Shown: positions 26,132 to 38,903 of the stretch, one piece after another
How the letters are laid out: each line of letters begins with the position of its first letter
Numbering within the stretch: position 1 is the stretch's first letter
Source: Marsupella aquatica
Taxonomy: Eukaryota; Plantae; Marchantiophyta
Direction of reading: 5' to 3'
NCBI GenBank assembly: GCA_973895155.1
Contig: OZ316893.1
Span: 19,968,857 to 20,032,856, forward strand
DNA: 64,000 nt
Position numbers and translations under genes: made by a program
Notes under the pieces: generated by a model
Databases searched by the model: none
What the model was told of the DNA's origin: nothing
What the model saw: only the letters and a program-made list of their open reading frames with translations

Positions 26132-27534
26132 TTTCCTCCCCGCCACGCCTGGCTTTAAAATCACTCCCCCTCCCCCTCTGCTTTGGGACGTTGCTTGAAG
26201 AACGAGAGCCCTTCTGTTGCCCTGGAGACTCAAGGTGCACCTTCTGACCTACAATTCCATACTCTGTTATGATAACTATTTACTGTACTGATACTTGTGC
26301 AATTTTGTACTTTTACAATTGTTATATTTGATCCGGGTTGGTTCTGAAACTAGTGCATCTGGATCCTAAAATCCTGCGTCCTGAATCTGTCCAGCGAGAA
26401 GATTAAATGTTAAATCGGTTCAACTTCAGGATAATTGTCAAGAGAAAATTATTGGGAGCTTGTAAAGTATAGCACGTATGGAAATGAGGGCGTTTACGTG
26501 CAACGGAGGGTTGCCTACTACATTGAGTTTACCATATGATTGGTCAGGAGGAGACCTCAGTTCTAATGCATTTGTTTCTATGCAGTGCTATGGGCTCCGA
26601 GTTGGGAGAAAATCATGCAGCAGCAATAGTTTTCCTATGGAAAGCAGGTTTGCTTCTTTGTTTCTTCTACGAAGGCCAAGGGTCTATGTCCCCCATCCTG
26701 CAATGTGCAGTTATCTTAAAAGAATTTATAACATTGAAAGAGGAGGATCCTATATGTGATGCCGTCCCACATCTTGGGTATGGTCAGAGTCCAGAAAAGT
26801 CCTCTGAGGACGCACAGTACAGGTAGGAAAGGAGGTCCACCCCAGAGGGCCTCAAGATTTGCAAGTCTGGAAAATACTAAGAAAGTTTGAAGGTCCCCAA
26901 GAAGAATTTGACAACTAGCGGTCATACATGTTACGGTTATATAGGAAAGATATGAGGCCTTTCTCCCCTCTTTGAAGTTGGATAGTTACTTACCTGATTC
27001 CGGTCGAGATTTAATACCACTGCCTTTGAGCAGGACCAACCTGATTCCGGTCGAGATTTAATACCTCAGAACATCGAGAATCTTCAAGATGATTCCCAGC
27101 TTGGAAAATTTCTCCTCCAGTTAAGAAGGTCCAATGTTCCAATTCAAAGTAATCAAATTGATATCTTGATGCAGTAGCTCTCAATAGTGACCGGTCTTGG
27201 GAGATTCTTCAAAGGTTTGAAGCTGCTCAATCGCAGTTAAGTCCAATGAGTTCAATTTGGAAGCTGACTGTGTGACTTGGCTGTTTCTGAACCACCAAAG
27301 TATCTGCTTGAGTGTCACTAGCTTGGACCCTCTGTAAATCGCTGTTAATGCCCTTTAAATCGCTGTTAATGCCCTTATTGATTTTTCTGTTTGTACTTTT
27401 CAGAGCATTATTGGAGAAGAATGAACAAGATCAGCTCCCCATGAAAATTTTCCTATTTTCTAGTAAAATTAGTAAAAATAAAAATCTCTCAGGCCTTTAA
27501 GTGTATTGAGGTCTTTATGTGTGCTAAGGTCCTG

Positions 27535-28085
27535 CCAATTACCTGAGTATTATGGCACACAACTCCCTGTATACAGGACTCTGCCATGTAAGGAAATGAT
27601 ATACACCTTGTTACCAGAGTAATATGGCACACAGCTTCCTGTAAACAGGACTCTGCTATATAAGGAAATGGTAGAAATTTTGACCACTGTTCTCATGGGC
27701 TAAAAATGAGTAACTGTAAAATCCACACCTTGTTACCAGAGCATCATGGCACAAAACGCCGTGTAACCAGGACTATGCTATATAAGGAAGTGATAGACAC
27801 TTTTGAGCACTCTGATCATGGGCTAAAAATGAGTAACTCCACACCTTGTTACCAGAGTATTATGACTCACCACACCCTGTAAACAGGAGTCTGCTATAAA
27901 AGGAAATGATAGATACCTTGACCACTCTGCTCATAGGCTAAAAATTAGTAACTATAAAATCTACACCTTGTTACCAGAGCATTGTGGCACACCACTCCCT
28001 GTAAACAGGACTCTGCTATATAAGGAAATAATAGACTACTTGACCACTCGGATCATAGGCTAAAAATGAGTCACTAAGAAATCTG
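27535..28085. repeat. ~120 bp tandem repeat, ~4.5 copies
   Basis: acaccttgttaccagag...ctgtaaacaggactctgctatataaggaaatgataga...ggctaaaaatgagtaact starting at 27603, 27725, 27841, 27963, plus a partial copy at ~27535. Confidence 0.92.
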
Positions 28086-28979
28086 CTGAGAACTTGTGTG
28101 ACCCACAAAATGATGGGTGACTTATCCCTTGTCCCATTTATCTTCCTTGTTTAGGATAGGGTCCCAAACAAGGGATAAGTGAGTAGTAATAACATTGGTT
28201 AACCAAATTGTAAAAACATCCTAGTTGATACGGCTGCTGATCTAGTCATATTGCCGATCGATAGCAATCCTCTACTGTCTGTTTTTGTCCTAATGCTACA
28301 TCTGAAATGAATATGAATACCTCGCTATATATTCAGAATGATAATAAATCTGAGAACTTATGCATTATCACCAGTAATAACTATTTGGTCACCTCTAAAT
28401 GAGATTACAAACTAACTACACTGCCAGTCACTGGCCTGCATTCCTGGCCTGCATTCTCCTTTTCATCCTCCTCCCCTGCCTTCACGCTTTTAAAAGTCAC
28501 AGAGCAATTGTGGAATGAGTTTTTTCGAAATATTGCTGCCCACAGCTAGACAATCGACCCTGTGCTGGACGTGAGATTTTTCGTGTAGAGAGGGGTTTTG
28601 CTTCAGCACCTTGCCCACCCAGTCAATTTTGTCGTAAGAAGAATCCCATTTGCGAGCATCTGCAGTTTGCACTAATGTATCCTCCAAAATGCCTTTGTTA
28701 CTCCCTTCCTGCACAATACCAAAGTAACATCAACTCCTACTACAAACACAGCAACCAACAGCAATGCAAAATTAATCGAAACAACACCTCAATCAAACCT
28801 GGTTGGAAGTTGTTATTGTTGTGACTGATGTTCCTATCAAGCTTGTAGATCCCTGTCAACAGAATAAGTTATCAACAGCAACACCAAGAAATCACATTCA
28901 GAAAATGAATGAAGAGTTGTTCACTCACCTGTACAAGAGTCATCAGCGAATGCTCCACATTGGCCTTGTCACTCACCCT

Positions 28980-30069
28980 ATCAACAAGGGGTTTCAAACC
29001 CTCGGATATATGATCCAACAAGCTTGTCCCTCACAAAGTCTCTAGAAACAGATACAAGCACCTTCTCATAATCAAGGCCTGGACTAGAAGACACCAATAT
29101 TGTAGCCTCCATCTTCAATTCTTGTGTTCTATCATAATGAGAATAACCTAGGTGGAGTGATGTCCACTACTCAGCATACCAACAACATCAGAGACCCCCT
29201 TCGCAGCTAGCCATGAGATCAATGTGGTCCTACCAGTTCGGTTAGAAAACAGATCAGGTGGCAACCCCACCAACGACAACATGTTCTTCAGCCATTTAGC
29301 AGCGGTAGCCCTTCCTACCTTTTGTAGCCTCTCTTCTTGTTAGCCCCTTCCTTTGTGGACTTCTTGATGGCAGCTTTCAACACCATTCGAGTTTTTGAGA
29401 AAGCTGGATGAGAGTTAATATTGAAATCTCTTGGCAGAATATCACTAGAATCCTTTAAAGACCTCAGATCACTTCCACGCCTTAGGATTTGGTTAAATCC
29501 ATTCATTTGGTTCATCAATGAGGACGATGGGTAGACATTACTGTCTTTTTTCAGAGCTCGAGTGAAGAAGTTGCTAAGCAACTCGTCCACCTTGAGTTCA
29601 CAAGTGGCAAATCACCAAATTTGACACTCATATTCCATCCCATCCTTTCCCACAATCCGTTAGCCTTCCTCACAGCCCACCGATCATTGTGAGCAGATGG
29701 TAGCTTCTCCAATCCTCAGTCTGCTTCCTCTAAAGTAGGATCAGGTATGAGTCTCAAGCCCAACAGGCTTACCGCAAGTGTCGGTATTGCACATTCAACT
29801 GCACAGACATCAGGCTCAACCAGAGTCGATAAAACATTCATAGAACTTGCTTCTCTAGATGCCTCCTCAACCACGTCAGACGCATTGAAATAAGAAAGAT
29901 CAAACTCCCAATCATTACACAAGTCATCAAGATGAAGCATATCAGAATTGCCATCAGAAAGGACATCAAGGATAGCTTCTTCACTGGACTCTACTTCCAT
30001 CTTCAACACAACATGTTGCGCTACCTCTGCTACAAGTTAGAAAGACACCATTTGCTCAACTGCAACCAT
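28980..30069 (-). mobile_element. Crypton-like tyrosine recombinase pseudogene (DUF3504/CryptonA-like), frameshifted and internally deleted
   Basis: Joined frames read: acidic N-terminus; PSAHNDRWAVRKANGLW; DELLSNFFTRALKKDSNVYPSSSLMNQMNGFNQILR...HPAFSKTRMVLKAAIKKSTKEG; then KVGRATAAKWLKNMLSLVGLPPDLFSNRTGRTTLISWLAAKGVSDVVGMLSSGHHS/GYSHYDRTQE. The last block aligns with tyrosine-recombinase box II (HxxR, GH, catalytic Y). The element probably spans ~28430-30810. Confidence 0.8.
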
Positions 30070-30814
30070 TACACAACAACTGAACATCCACAACAATGAA
30101 CAAATACTACAAATCAGTATTCAACAGCCAAACCACTTTCTTGGTTTGCTCCACTCCTTCTCTAGACAACATGTGTCTTGACCCTGCTCTCCCTCTCCTT
30201 TGAAATCACAACAATCTACAAGCAAACAACCACAAAGTTAACATCCTCAAAACTGGAGGCACTCAAAATGCTGCAATTCAAACAAAGCCTTCAAACCTGC
30301 GTGGAAGCGCCATGCTCCGCCCCGCCACCATATATTGCCATATGTTTTTGATCGATTGAGCTTTCAAGCAGTTCAAACATGCAGTGCTTTGCCCTACCAC
30401 CATCAAATGCAATTCCTTGTCTCGCCCCAGTGCGTAGCGCCTCGCCCAAACTTGCAATCAAAACAAAAACCAAAACAAAAACCAACGTAAAAAGAACGAG
30501 TACCCCGATTGCTGCGCTATGCGCGGTATACCCCTTTCTCAACTTTTCAAATGGATGATCTTGGTCCATTGTCCACCCAATCCAATGATCAAAAGATGTC
30601 GTCCCGCCAACAACCGGTAACCCTAAAACCAGATCACGATTATGCATGTTAATGACAATCTCAGCTTACCGTCCGTTACTGGGGTGTACGTACCAAGACT
30701 CCCGGTTCCTTCTGTAGGCACTCTTGGCTAACATCAGTCACGCCTGTGTCAGGCCTCTATTGCCCCATTACATTCTAGTAATGGGCGGTCGGACCGTCAT
30801 TACCCTATACTTCA

Positions 30815-32110
30815 GAGTAGATCAACATGAACAACAGTTTGCTTCCTTTCTCACCAAACATAAGTCAAGTGTCTATATATTTCATTTAAAAAGTTGTATG
30901 AGAGAGATACCCACAAAGTAGGAAAATGTTGGTTCTCATGTTAGTTGGGTCTAGCTAGCCAATTGGAACACACTTCAAGCTTAAAACTTTGAAGGACTGT
31001 CAACCAAAGTAGGGGGAAGAGTTGTGGAGGGCTAAAAAAACATGGATCTAAACTTCTCATGTTGTTGGGTAGCCATGTACTAACATGCTATTATTGGTAA
31101 GACCAAGTTCATAATATAAAAAATGAACGCCCTTTCATTTTCTTCCTCAAAAGATAACCTTAATCAGTCAGCTGGCTTGACAAAGGGGAAAATGAGTGTT
31201 CTTTTCATCGGGCCTTGCATGGACTGTTGGTAATTAACTCTTGCACCTGGTTAGGTTAACTAGGGCACAGACTAACTACAATTACGGATTTTTGGAGTTA
31301 GACTAGGGGGGCATATACCCTTGTGAGAACACTTCATTGTGCTCATACTTAGATATCAATTTCTATCAGGAGTCGCCAAGAATGATGGAGAAGCTACGAT
31401 GGCAGCAGTAGCACTGGCAACCGTGGAAGCAAAAAACAATGGTGACCTTCAAGCAACAAAAAGCTATGGTGCAAGCTGCATCTGGAACAACATTTATTGC
31501 AAGACACAATCGTGAACAGGAGGCAGACATTGGGAGCGCGAGTGTGAGGTGGAGAGTCGCAGTCCAGCCAGGCCGATCATTGTAGTCAGGTTTGGCCAAC
31601 TTGGGCCGAGTCAAGATGAGGATTTTAACTGCCCATTGGTAGTTGCTTTGGGCGCATCACCAGGGCAGGCCCGTAGCCCACAAGGGGCGAGGATACCCCG
31701 CAAGGAGTGGATGGGCTTGCCCTCCTAACGCCCCACTATGTTGCACCCCCTGCTCCCCAATATGGCCCCTTTGTGGTAGGCGGCCCAAAGTTCTTGGAGC
31801 ATCCGTGTGGCCCCCACTCCCATACTGTATGCACATGGAACCCTGCTCTTAGTATCTAGAGTGAAGCCTCTAGAGTCTGACTCTTTGGGCATGAGTCACA
31901 ATTAAATTAGGGGTGGAACTGAAAATGGCACAAGTTGCAATCTATATACAAGCTCAGTCATTCATGTTGGTGTTACAAAAAAGAAATAGAACTCATTCAT
32001 TCACGCTAGTATTGTAAAAAAAAGACAATGAAAGCTCAATCATTCATGCTAGTGTTATAACTAAATAGACAAACAATCATTCACGATAGTGTTATAAATA
32101 AATAAATAGA
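30815..32110 (-). mobile_element. Inverted copy of the 21250-22178 repeat, with ~320 bp extra internal sequence (~31170-31490)
   Basis: Reverse-complement colinearity with 21250-22178 on both sides of the extra block. Confidence 0.8.
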
Positions 32111-32224
32111 GTGAGAGAGCGTTGTTGTGATTATTTAATTATTTATGATTAAATTATTTTTATTAAGTATATAAGTTAGGTTCATATTTTGTTACGAGAT
32201 AACTAAATATTTTAACTACTATTT

Positions 32225-32600
32225 GTTTTAAGTGCATGCAAAGTAAGTAACTATGCAAGTCACATGATGCATGCACAAATAGTTTTATTTGCATGCAATG
32301 TTGTTTTATGTGCATGCAAGGTGAGCAAATATGTAAGTCACAAGGTGCATGCCCAATTTATTTTAGATACATGTAAATCATTTTATTTGTATACATTAGT
32401 TATTTTATGTGCATGCAAGATGAACAAATATGCAAGCCATCAGATGCATGCACAAATTATTTTAGATGCATACAAATCATTTTATTTGTAATGCATTAAT
32501 TATTTTTATGCACATGCAAGGTGAATAAATATGCAAGCCAACCACAAGATGCATGTATGCACAAATTATTTTAAGCGCATGAAATAGTAGTTTTACTTGC
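32225..32600. repeat. Degenerate TGCATGCA-rich tandem repeat, ~4 units
   Basis: Recurrent tgcatgcaag.tga.caaatatg.aagcca...gatgcatgcacaaattatttta. Confidence 0.8.
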
Positions 32601-33004
32601 GTGCACCATTTATTTTGCTTGCAATAGTACTAGCGCACATAATTCATACGTTGGATGTGTGCCACTTGGCTTTTATCCAAGCATTTTGGCATAATTCATG
32701 CCCTTTTAGATTCAGTATAAATAAAGTGGTGACGGATACTCTCTCGTCATTCTTATATTTTGATAATTTTTGCATTGAAGTGATCCTCTTTTCATCTCAT
32801 CTTTTTCTTCTATTTTTTGCCTTATGTACATAGTAGTGAAACATCATTTGGCCCGAATAGCAAAGGAATGAGTAATAGACTTATAGATGGGACCTTAGGG
32901 AACAAGGTCTTTTTGAAAACTTAAGGGTAGAACATCATTTGGCCTGGATAGCAAAGGAATAAGAGAGTCATCATGAATACCAAAATTACAATATAGGTGA
33001 CATC

Positions 33005-35760
33005 ATGTATTACATCCTTAAGGTCGTCATTCAGCCCCCATCCCTTAGGGGGCTCCTTCTGAAAAAAAAGAATCACATTATGTATTTCTGCTACTTCTTG
33101 CCGCGGTAGCAACGGGGAGACACATATTAATTATAGGCTAGCAAAAAATTCTATAAAAACTCTAGATATTTATAAATAAGAATGTAAGTTTTCACCCCTG
33201 TTGAGATCTGGCCATATACCATTGTTGCTTTACCCCAGTCTATGCAGTATGTAGCAGTGAAATAGTGTGCAAGAGAATGTGCCAAAATAAGTAATTAGCA
33301 GGGTAATTAGTAGATATTATGCAAATCCTAAAGTGCAGAGCATCAAACAAGGAGGAGTTGATGGAGCGTGTGGTGTTGTGCCCAATTTTGCAGAAAATAA
33401 AGTGGAAGAGGTAGACGACTAGAGATGCCTAGAGAGTTGCGCAGTGTTTGCTAGTGACACATCTAGCAAAGGAGACAAGTGAAGAGTGAGTGTGTTTGTG
33501 CTCTCAAAGAGAATATATGTGTGAGGAGTGGTGGGGGGTCTCTCATTTTAGAGTAGCTACCTTTTAGTCTTTGGTGAGTCATCCTTTTTTAGGGTATCTT
33601 GATCAGATGACGGTCCATTTATGCCATAAAAATGATATGAGTTTAGATCTGTATATACACTTTAGGTATTGCATACATTTTGGTTGTGTTATGCTAATAA
33701 TGGTGTTTTTTGTGTTATCTTGGTATATATTTTGTTTGGGTAGCTGTTTTGTCTTTATATAATGCTTTTTATTATTTCCTACTTGTCCAAGTTTTTACCA
33801 TGCCACGATCTCAGAGTGGGTCATTTCCATATATATATATATAGAGAGAGAGAGTCATAGTATAGCGGGAAGCTTTTTGTTTGGGCATTGGTTGTGGATA
33901 TTATATGTGCATGGTATCCTATGCTGTATACGTATATCATATATTTTAGGTATCTTGTCTCTTACAAGTGTCCTGCAGCTTTGTCTCTTGTATGTCCTCG
34001 TTGTTGAGGAAAGGCATATTCATGCTAATGCTGATCCCAAGGCTGATCCTCTCCTCGTCAACTTATTATTTTGAGAGAGAGAGAGAGAGAGAATGTCAAA
34101 GAGTCGACACCCATTCAAGGCCAAGTCAATACTTCACATTGACAATCAAAAACACAATCAAGGCAACATAAGTCATGACAGGGATGTAACAACACATGGA
34201 TGTACACAAGTACCAAGTCCATCGAAGATAAAGGGATTCGAAACAATATTAAATCAAGATCATTGTGAGAAAAAAGCAGGTTAATGAGTAATTGAGATCA
34301 GTAATTGAACTGTACATATATCATAGCCTGCTTAAAAGATCAAGGAGGTAGGATGCACACAAGACTAATATGTTATTCTAAAGTACTCCTAGTCATAGTT
34401 GGAGCACAGTAGATCAAGTAATACATCCGGTAGAATGTGATGGATATAGTAAACTATATAAAATCTAACGCAAAGTCAGAGGAATATATAACATAAGGTC
34501 AGTTAGCAGGAATCAAAAAGAGTATCAGAAAGTAGTCAGTACAATATTATATATAAGGCAGTGGTTATGATTGAATATAAAAAAACCAATGGCTGTATTG
34601 TAACAGGACAGATCTATTAGACTAGGTACCATTATCAAATGGCAAGGGATACAAATAAGTGATAAATCATACCATAGTAAGTTAAAATCAGGTCAGGTGT
34701 GAAATACTAGACTGATAGCAATCTCTTATATGTGTGAGAAAATCCAGAGTCACATCTCAAGTGCCACTAGATCAAGAGGACCCTTGATATTGATGGGGGT
34801 TATTTTCTAAGCGGTGCCTCATATAAGCTGGTCAAGCAAACAGAGGTAAACCATCAACTGAAATTAAAGAGCAGTGGACACAGACTGCAATACATCCTTG
34901 AGGTCGTCATTCAGCCCCCGTCCCCAGGTGAATCAAATTTTCAAAAAATGATTCTTGTTATACGTTTCTCCTACCATTGAACCGCGGCGGTAACGGGGAG
35001 ACGTACATTAATTTCAGGCTAGCACTATATAGAAAGAAGGAGTAGGAAATAATTGGGAAATACTCTGTTCAAACCAAGCAAATCCTGTGTCATACCTGTG
35101 GTCCTCATGCCATATTGGTGGAGCCCGTGTGAGAAAAAACTGACAAAATCTTGCTTTGTGCAGAAGGTACTCCAGTAGATGCTCCAGAGCAAAAAAAATT
35201 AAAAAATAATAGGCAAGAAAGTTACGACAACTGCCAGAGAAAAAGTGTGAAGAAGTTACTGTAGCTAAAGAATCTGTCAAAAAGAATAGTCCAGAGATAG
35301 ATTACAACTTCCAATGTAATCAGATGTCTTGAAAACAACAAAATCCAGAGCAGTCATGGATCTCACGAGTACTTATGCTATTGCTGAGAGAAGGGAGTAG
35401 ACAAAAAATATTGGGAGAAAACATAGCCAGGCGCAGTCATGGATCTCTTGAGTATTTTACTACTGTTGAGAAGAAGTGCTGAAAGAGTTGATCAGAGAAT
35501 GAGCGTAGTGATCAGTTTCTTTGCCTTTATAGTCTAGCCAAGAGATCTTAGGGTACAACGGCCAGAGGATATGCGGTCGTTAGTTTTTTTAGGGCTGCCG
35601 CCAGGGAGATGATTATGTTGAGCTTAAACCTAATCCATGAGTTACGTATTTAGATGGCGATATGTTGATATATGATATAGGCATAGAGTGAGTCTGGTTG
35701 TATGCATGAGGTTTTATACAGTAAGTCAAGTGCCACCATTTATCCAGAGAGAGAGAGAGA
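33005..35760 (+). repeat. Two diverged ~0.85 kb units (33005-33855, 34890-35760), each starting with a conserved hairpin module and ending in (GA)n
   Basis: Shared tacatcctt.aggtcgtcattcagccccc.tccc...ccgcgg..g.aacggggagac...attaatt..aggctagca, followed by a TATA-like run. The remaining sequence is only weakly similar. Confidence 0.65.
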
Positions 35761-36884
35761 TATTATATATAGATATCCATAGATATATTACATCTTATTG
35801 TTCTCTATTGGCCATTCCTTGATTCAACATTCAATCATATGCAGAGTATCGATCATACATTCACACATACATTCACACATATAGGTTTTGGTACTGCAAA
35901 CGTTTGTTAACTATGGAAGTAAGACATGTTTATTCTGTATAACTACTCTTATTTATAAACTGTCGATTTTCAAAACAACTAGATCTATAAAGCTGAGTAT
36001 CTTTCGATGCTGAGCATTGCTTGGTGACAATGGTACTCAAACGCTGTGTCCACAACATTGAGCATGGACCATATTCTTTTACCGGGAATTGACGGACTGT
36101 TTCCATTCACAATTCCAATATCTTTGTTCAGCCCCCACCATTGGATCGAGATTGTGCTTTAGTAGGCACAATTTCTAGTCCCATGTTTCTGCAGCGATGT
36201 CTAGACGGCTGCGGGGAGACATGGGCCGGAAAAAGTCGAGTCTCCCAAGCCTTGTTATAATGTTCCTTTTTATTATTAACTCCAACATCACATTCATGCA
36301 TACCAATACGTCGCGAATGGTGTAGGAAAGAAGGAGCAACATCTGTTGTAAAAAAGTGTGAGCTAGCACCTGATTTGGTGGGTTGCCCATTGAGCCACGA
36401 CAGGTTGTGTGTCACTATGTTGCTTCAGCAGTCCTTGATCCTTGGCCTGTGCTGCTGGTCCCACGATCTCCTTGCCAGTGCAGTGTGTCCTCTTACTCTG
36501 CCATGCATGTCAGCCTATGCTTCCCACAGGGTGTGTGCTTCTTCACCTATCGAGTGTTTTCAGAGAAATGTAAGCTCTGTGGCTGGATGGTTGGACTTGG
36601 TAGCGCCGCTATCTTGGCTTGCTTTTTAGGTCATGGGCTCTGGCATCTGGTTGTTTTGTGTGGCCCAGATGTATTGGGAATAAATCAATGGCTTTGGTGG
36701 CCGGATGATTATATCCTGGTTATTCTGGATTTTAATTTTAACTTTATCCTTGTATCAGGTGACAGGGGTATATATCCGTAGTGCATGTCATGGGACCTAC
36801 CCAGATATGATGAGATCATGTTCTTGTCTTGGTGCCCACCTATCTTTAGCCATGGGAATCATTAGTGGCTTATCATACTCTTTT

Positions 36885-36887
<3 letters not shown>

Positions 36888-36920
<33 letters not shown>
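36888..36920. repeat. (GA)n microsatellite
   Basis: About 16 GA units. Other tracts at ~33843, ~34074, ~35747, ~60003. Confidence 0.9.
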
Positions 36921-36922
<2 letters not shown>

Positions 36923-37960
36923 CCTCCGCCATAAGAGGCCATCCCAAAAAGGCGTGAGTGCATACCACACTCACCCCAAATGGGGAGTGCATACCATACT
37001 CACAAATATCCCTTCTTTCATCCCATCTCTATGTTTAGATACGTTGGAAGGCCCTCCGGTTGATTAAGTCGCTAAGTAAATTACATATTAAAGTATGGAT
37101 AGGAAACTTGATGCCCAAGAAGGCACGAATGGAACAGAAACGTAGTATTAATCTATCTAGCCTAGCTTCCTGGAAACCGAGCTGGAAACCATTAATGACG
37201 AGTGTTTGCACTAGGATTCGTATCTCTGGAAAGGCAAGGTCCACATTGCTAGTCATGTAAAAAATGGAGACTACTTGGGAAATGACAATATTATACAAAT
37301 GTTGCACTAGTCGGTTAGAACGGAACTGTATGTATTGCTGAAATGGGAATCAAAGGGAGCAGACATCATTTATCAAACCTGGTACTATCAAAGCTTCTGG
37401 TGATTCTATCCACGATGTCAATGTGAACGTTGAGAAAGTGAGCAACAATGCCAATTTTGGGGTGGTTGGGGACATGGATATCAATTTCGAGCTGTAAACT
37501 AATGATATTTAAAGGATAAATCCAGTAGGCGTTGGATTGACTCCGATCAGCCAGGGGTCTAGAAATTTGTTAATCAGGGGGTTGTTGAGGATGCAAAAGT
37601 CATTGATGTAGCAGTATGTGAACTGAAAAAGTGGAAGTAGGTGGTGCAGATTCAATCAAGCCAAGCGTTGTATGAATTGGATTTCATACGACACAAAATA
37701 TAAATTGCACCATTGTGGGGAGCACAAGAAGCCCATCGGGATCCTTGTAGACTGGCGCCATACGTGATCCCCAAGTCGTATGAAGCAATTCTGGATGAGC
37801 CAATTCTGTAGGCTCATGAACCGTTCCAAAGTGACCCCGATCCAGCAAGCAGCTCCTGGCGGTTGTTGTCCCCATTGAGCCGTCGTAGCAAGTCCAGAAT
37901 TGGTGTAGATTTTTACCCAAAGCTTGAAGAATCATTAGATGGTCCTGATTCAATCTTAGA
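36921..37960 (-). mobile_element. Penelope-like retroelement RT remnant (Chlamys/Naiad-type), 5'-truncated pseudogene
   Basis: Minus-strand translation: NWLIQNCFIRLGDHVWRQSTRIPMGFLCSPQWCNLYFVSYEIQFIQRL*...FQFTYCYINDFCILNNP (cf. RQxxGIPMG..CSP..NLY...YE and YRYIDD); then WIYP...AHFLNVHI...FDK; PFQQYIQFRSNR; LYNIVISQVV...LVINGF. Contains stops and frameshifts. Confidence 0.85.
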
Positions 37961-37974
37961 GTGAGAAAAAACAC

Positions 37975-38903
37975 GGACAGTGGCCCATAAACCACGGTCA
38001 GCTGCCACAAGTAGGGGAGAGCAAGGAGAAGGGCAGTAGACACTATACCTGAATGGCCCCCACTTCTTGTAAAGTAAACATGGTTCAGATTTCCTCTTAT
38101 AGAGTATAAAAAGAAGACAGTGGCCCTAGAGGTCTTGTAAAGCCACCGTCAGTCAGTCGCCACCAGTAGGGGAGAGCAAAGCAAAGGACAGGACTGCATA
38201 TGGTCCAGATCTAATTTAACCATTTCCATGGTATATACTCATTCTATGGCCCAGATTTAATTTAACCGTTTCAACTCACTATGTGGTTCCAACTATTTTA
38301 CTCTTATAGCAAGTAAAAAGAAGACAGTGGCCCTAGAGGTCTTGCAAAGCCACCGTCATTCGCCACCAGTCGGGGAGAGCAAAGCGAACAACAGGACTGT
38401 ATATGGTCATTTAATTTAACCATTTCCATGGTTTTACACTCATTACCAGGTCTAGATTTAATTTAACCATTTCCATTCCTTAATTTCTGCACATACAATT
38501 TCTGCGTATACAATTTTTGTGCATATGATTGTGCAAAATACAGTGTACAATCTTACTATATAATTACAAACAGAAGCTACTTTTGCTACCATCTAGAGTG
38601 AAGCCTCTAGACCATAACTCAAATAAAGACAAAAAAATTTCAAGTAAATAAAGACAATTTATGATGACTCTGAATAAGACAAATCTAAAAGGTGCACAAA
38701 AAAATAGGTATGCAAAGATAAGGTAAAAGAGTGTAGATTTTTTTTTGTTTCCTTCAAATTTTCTTTTTTCAATTCTATATTTTCGTTCAGGCTAGTACTA
38801 TAAAGAGTGCATTTGTAACACTCCACCTTTTGTAACGAAACCTCTTTGGTCACGGGCCTGGTATGGTTCAGTGGCCCTAGAGGTCTTGTAAAGCCACCGC
38901 CAG
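37975..38903 (-). repeat. Array of the same ~72 bp repeat family as 14185-15660, opposite orientation
   Basis: agtggccctagaggtcttgtaaagccaccgtcag...ggggagagcaaagc.aa..acaggac at 38119-38195 and 38326-38398, truncated at 38870-38903, degenerate at 37975-38045. Same spacer module. Confidence 0.85.

Noticed and set aside
26470-26930. Possible LINE zf-RVT remnant (GLPT...EETSVLMHLFLC)
   Set aside because: Only a few residues match across different frames, and no RT or endonuclease motifs are nearby.
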